Shown here: positions 60,559 through 64,000 of the stretch, piece by piece
How the letters are laid out: every line of letters begins with the position of its first letter
Position numbering within the stretch: position 1 is the first letter of the stretch
Assembly: GCA_030324005.1 (NCBI GenBank)
Contig: JARDVH010000115.1
Span: forward strand, 39,554,587 to 39,618,586
Origin: Negaprion brevirostris
Lineage: Eukaryota
Reading direction: 5' to 3'
Length of the DNA stretch: 64,000 nt
Notes under the pieces: model-generated
What the model was told of the DNA's origin: nothing
The model's database searches: none
Seen by the model: only the letters and a program-made list of their open reading frames with translations
Program-made: the position numbers and the translations under genes

Positions 60559-63500
60559 CAGTGTTAATATTTTTAAGTGAAGTAGTTAATCTATAATTCA
60601 TTCACAACTTGAATTTATTGTTAAAAGAAGGTATTTGGGTGCTGCATTGGATGACAGTGGTACGCATCAAACATTTTCATCAAGAAGCAGAAGATTGCTC
60701 AAACTGCAGCTTCACATACCATACACTAGATTAATGGTTGTTTAGTGTTTGAACAATCCAGCTACTTCAAAAACAACATCACCCTACACCAGAATTGCAA
60801 ATCCTAAGGAAAGTAGTGTCAAAACTCACCTTTGTTTTATTTTGTACCTGTCTTATTTTATTCGAATGTCTTGTCCCAATACACTCGTTTCAAACACAAG
60901 CTTATTCCAGAACACTACAAATGTGATTCCATAGCTGGCCTCCAAGAATTGTGCAAGAACACATCAGAAACACTTGACTATTCAGTCTTTCTTTCTGCTG
61001 TGGCAAAACTCCAAGTTTCCACTCCAAGCTCACTGCTAGACAGAATAGATGAGACTGCAAACTAGTTTTGTGAAGAATTGTGGGTATGAACCCATATTCC
61101 ATCATTGACATAGCAGAAAAGTCATTTCTGCACCTATCCAACTCAAACGAACAACACATCTCCAGGGATTTATACATACTTTAATGATTTGCAGTTTCTT
61201 GTCATCCACACAATAAAATACCAAAATAGGCAAGAAACACACTTTTCCAGTAAATATGTACTGATGTTTAAAATCAAACAATAATTAAGGGCCAAGTTTT
61301 AACAGCTATTTTGTGATTACTTCCTTTCTCAGGCAATTAAAAGAGGGCAGTTGAAAAGAAATCTTGCGGTGTTAAACTCTACCTTATTAATGATGTATCA
61401 ACCAACGATTACAAAATGGCCAACAAATTTGCCCCTGACTCCATCATGATTAAATAATCAGTGCACATTTTGATTTTGAGTTGGCATCTTAAGAATAGTT
61501 ACTTGGGCAGCATATTGTAAATGCAGACAGTAACCACTGATGAATGAACATTTGTGAGTCAGGCAATTACTGCCAGTCTAAGCAATACTTGGTACCAGCT
61601 GTTGATGACTTGACCATAAACTTGTGATGAAGGTGAAACAAATGTATTACTTCAATATTGTTCTTCCAACTATTGTACTGATTTCATGATTTCCTCTCAA
61701 GTTTTACAAAAGCAATGTATGAAATATATGTCTGCCCAAACACTATGCTGACAACCTTCACCAGATAGTTCCTGTTGTCTGCAAATTAATATACTTATTT
61801 AAGAATGATATACATTTTGCACAAAACATTTCAGGCTAACACTTCAGTATTGCAACATATGAGCAATACAGTTTTAAAGTCTTTTGTAACTATATACAAA
61901 TACTCAATGCTGTTTACCATTTGAAAGGGAACTTTTTTTTCTAAATCTGCATTTCAGTATGATTACATTCTGTACCACAGCCCTAATGTAAATTAAATAG
62001 AATATTCTTTTTGCTGTTTTTTTATGTAAGTCAGGAATGGCAAACTTAATTGACATTGTGGTAATATAGGCATCTTATTACTATATTCCAGTCTTTAATT
62101 AAGGCATGGATTAGGGGGTGGGATTTGAAAGCCAGATAAATTCTGTGCTAATTTATATTTGAAATATTCCCTCCATAATTGCCATGCCTCCAGTTGGGGG
62201 AGAAAAAGTGAACAAATGGGAAGGCCGATGCCATCTGCAGGGTTCGTTTTCCCTCCATCAGGCCTCTGAGGAAACAAAGGAGGCAGGAGAGAAGCCCATA
62301 CTTTTTACCTTTTGTGGTCAGCTGATCCCACTGAGTTGCTTTTGGTCATGTCTGGAAATCTACTACTTCAGAAAGATTTTTTGAAGGCAGAGTCTGTTTC
62401 CAGTTTGGTAGGTGACCTGTTTTGTGTTTTCAGTGTGTCTGGGAACTCCTTAGTGTAATTAGTGACCTTTGAACTCTGAAGCTAATCCTGTGCTGTTTTG
62501 TATTCCTTACTCATCTTTAAGGCTGGTCTTCTCTCTTTTTCAGTATCCGTTGCCACAATTAAAGAAGAAACAGCTGCATTTCAAAGGGATTCCGATTCTA
62601 GAAGCTTAATCGTGATTGACAAGGCCTTCTTATTCTGGGCAATAAGAAAACTCTGGGAGTCCTTTCTTCTGCTGAAACTTCAATCATTTTCAAAAATTAT
62701 CTCATTTGGATTTCATTCTATTCCTTTTATAACTATTCTACTATACAATTTTACAAAGTTGAAAGATGCTTAGTATTTGCAGTATATATGAAATGCATTC
62801 ATCCCAAGATTGGTGCCAGACCTATATTGTTGATGGGGAGGAAGCTAAAATCCATTTAGCTTCACAACATGGTTATAAAACATTGTGCAAATCCTGCAGA
62901 CGGTCTTCTGTCACAACACTTTTATCTGTGTACATAAAAGTAGCTTGCAGCATGGCATTCTATAAGCTAAAATGTCCAGGAAGTGTGCACATTAAAGCTA
63001 CTGTTTTAAGTATTTTCACGGCTTTTTATACAGGAGACGACATTTTAAAAGATACTTTGTCATGTTGAGAAGTTGTAAGTAGATTAGTAAATGCATTCTG
63101 GAGCATAACCTTGTTTTTCTAAACTGTACCTATTCAATAATTATATTTAAAGGGATCAGGTTTGGGGTGTGCAGTTGCCTTCAATTGTTTTGTCTTAATG
63201 TCTTTAGTGTCTGAAAACAAATTAAGACCCAACAACCTTAAAGACGCTTTTACCATTAATAAGTTAGCTTTTCTCTTTTTCCTCCTTCCCCTTCCCCCTT
63301 TCCCTCTCTTCCACCAACTCCCCTCTTCTTGCATCCTACCTCAACACCACCCCCGCTCCCCCAAACAAAAGAAAAGAACGGAGNNNNNNNNNNNNNNNNN
63401 NNNNNNNNNNNNNNNNNNNNNNNNNNNNNNNNNNNNNNNNNNNNNNNNNNNNNNNNNNNNNNNNNNNNNNNNNNNNNNNNNNNCCCCTCTCCCCCAAACA

Positions 63501-64000
63501 AAAGAAAAGAACTGAGTCTTTCTGACATGGTTTGATCTTTGGTACTTAACTAAAGTGATCATTCTTCATGTGTGAGTCAAGACAGTGAAAAGCTATCTGA
63601 CTGCAGAGGGCATCACAACTGAGTCTAATCCTGTTCTCGCATGAGGTTCAGGTATAGTCTTCAGCAAAGGTCACTTAATGGTCTCTGCAGCAATAATGGT
63701 AGATTTATTTTTCCTTCTCCGGCCACAGAGAGTCTAATGTCAATTGAAGGACCATTATCACTGCCCCAACTACCTCAATGTTAGACTGGCACAGGGCTAC
63801 TGTTGGCAGTGAATTTATGTAGTGAGTGAGCACCACAATAAAAAAAATGCAGTTTTCATAGAATATATTTGAACATATATAGCTGTTCAAATTCCAACTA
63901 ACTTAACATAAAAATTGATTTAACGAGGGATCAAAGATGATTCATGATTGTAAGCTTCAGCAGAGAAATAATTCATGTGTGAGTAGAATATGTATGATCA

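Noticed and set aside
60902-61177. 91-aa minus-strand ORF (MYKSLEMCC...) as an exon of a neighbouring gene
   Set aside because: No similarity to any protein I recognise, and no convincing splice-site pair.
63355-63512. Direct repeat ccccaaacaaaagaaaagaac on both sides of a gap
   Set aside because: Probably overlapping contig ends or a collapsed tandem repeat; cannot be interpreted without reads.

Overview
Eukaryotic, gappy draft assembly (many N runs). The repeat content (HE1/V-SINE-like SINEs, HER1/CR1-like LINEs, Penelope-like elements) points to a cartilaginous fish, probably a shark. Two housekeeping trafficking genes sit head-to-head on a CpG-rich bidirectional promoter near 36.0-36.5 kb. 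EXOC5 (minus strand) has coding exons 1-3 in the window; exon 3 runs into a gap and later exons were not found. AP5M1 (plus strand) is complete: 8 coding exons, 36471-57589, 492 aa by my splice reconstruction, all introns GT-AG with consistent phase. Most of the remainder is nested, decayed transposon sequence: two CR1-group LINE families, RTE, L2, Tx1/L1, Penelope-like elements, solo LTRs, two tRNA-SINE families and MITE-like elements. The most unusual items are (1) a LINE apparently starting with the same tRNA-like head as a local SINE that also shares its 3' tail, (2) a TSD-flanked Penelope fold-back insertion plus hammerhead ribozyme relics, (3) short uORFs before both divergent genes, and (4) a clean solo LTR inside a CR1. 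No clearly new protein-coding system was seen. Family names come from recalled motifs, not database searches, and repeat boundaries are approximate.
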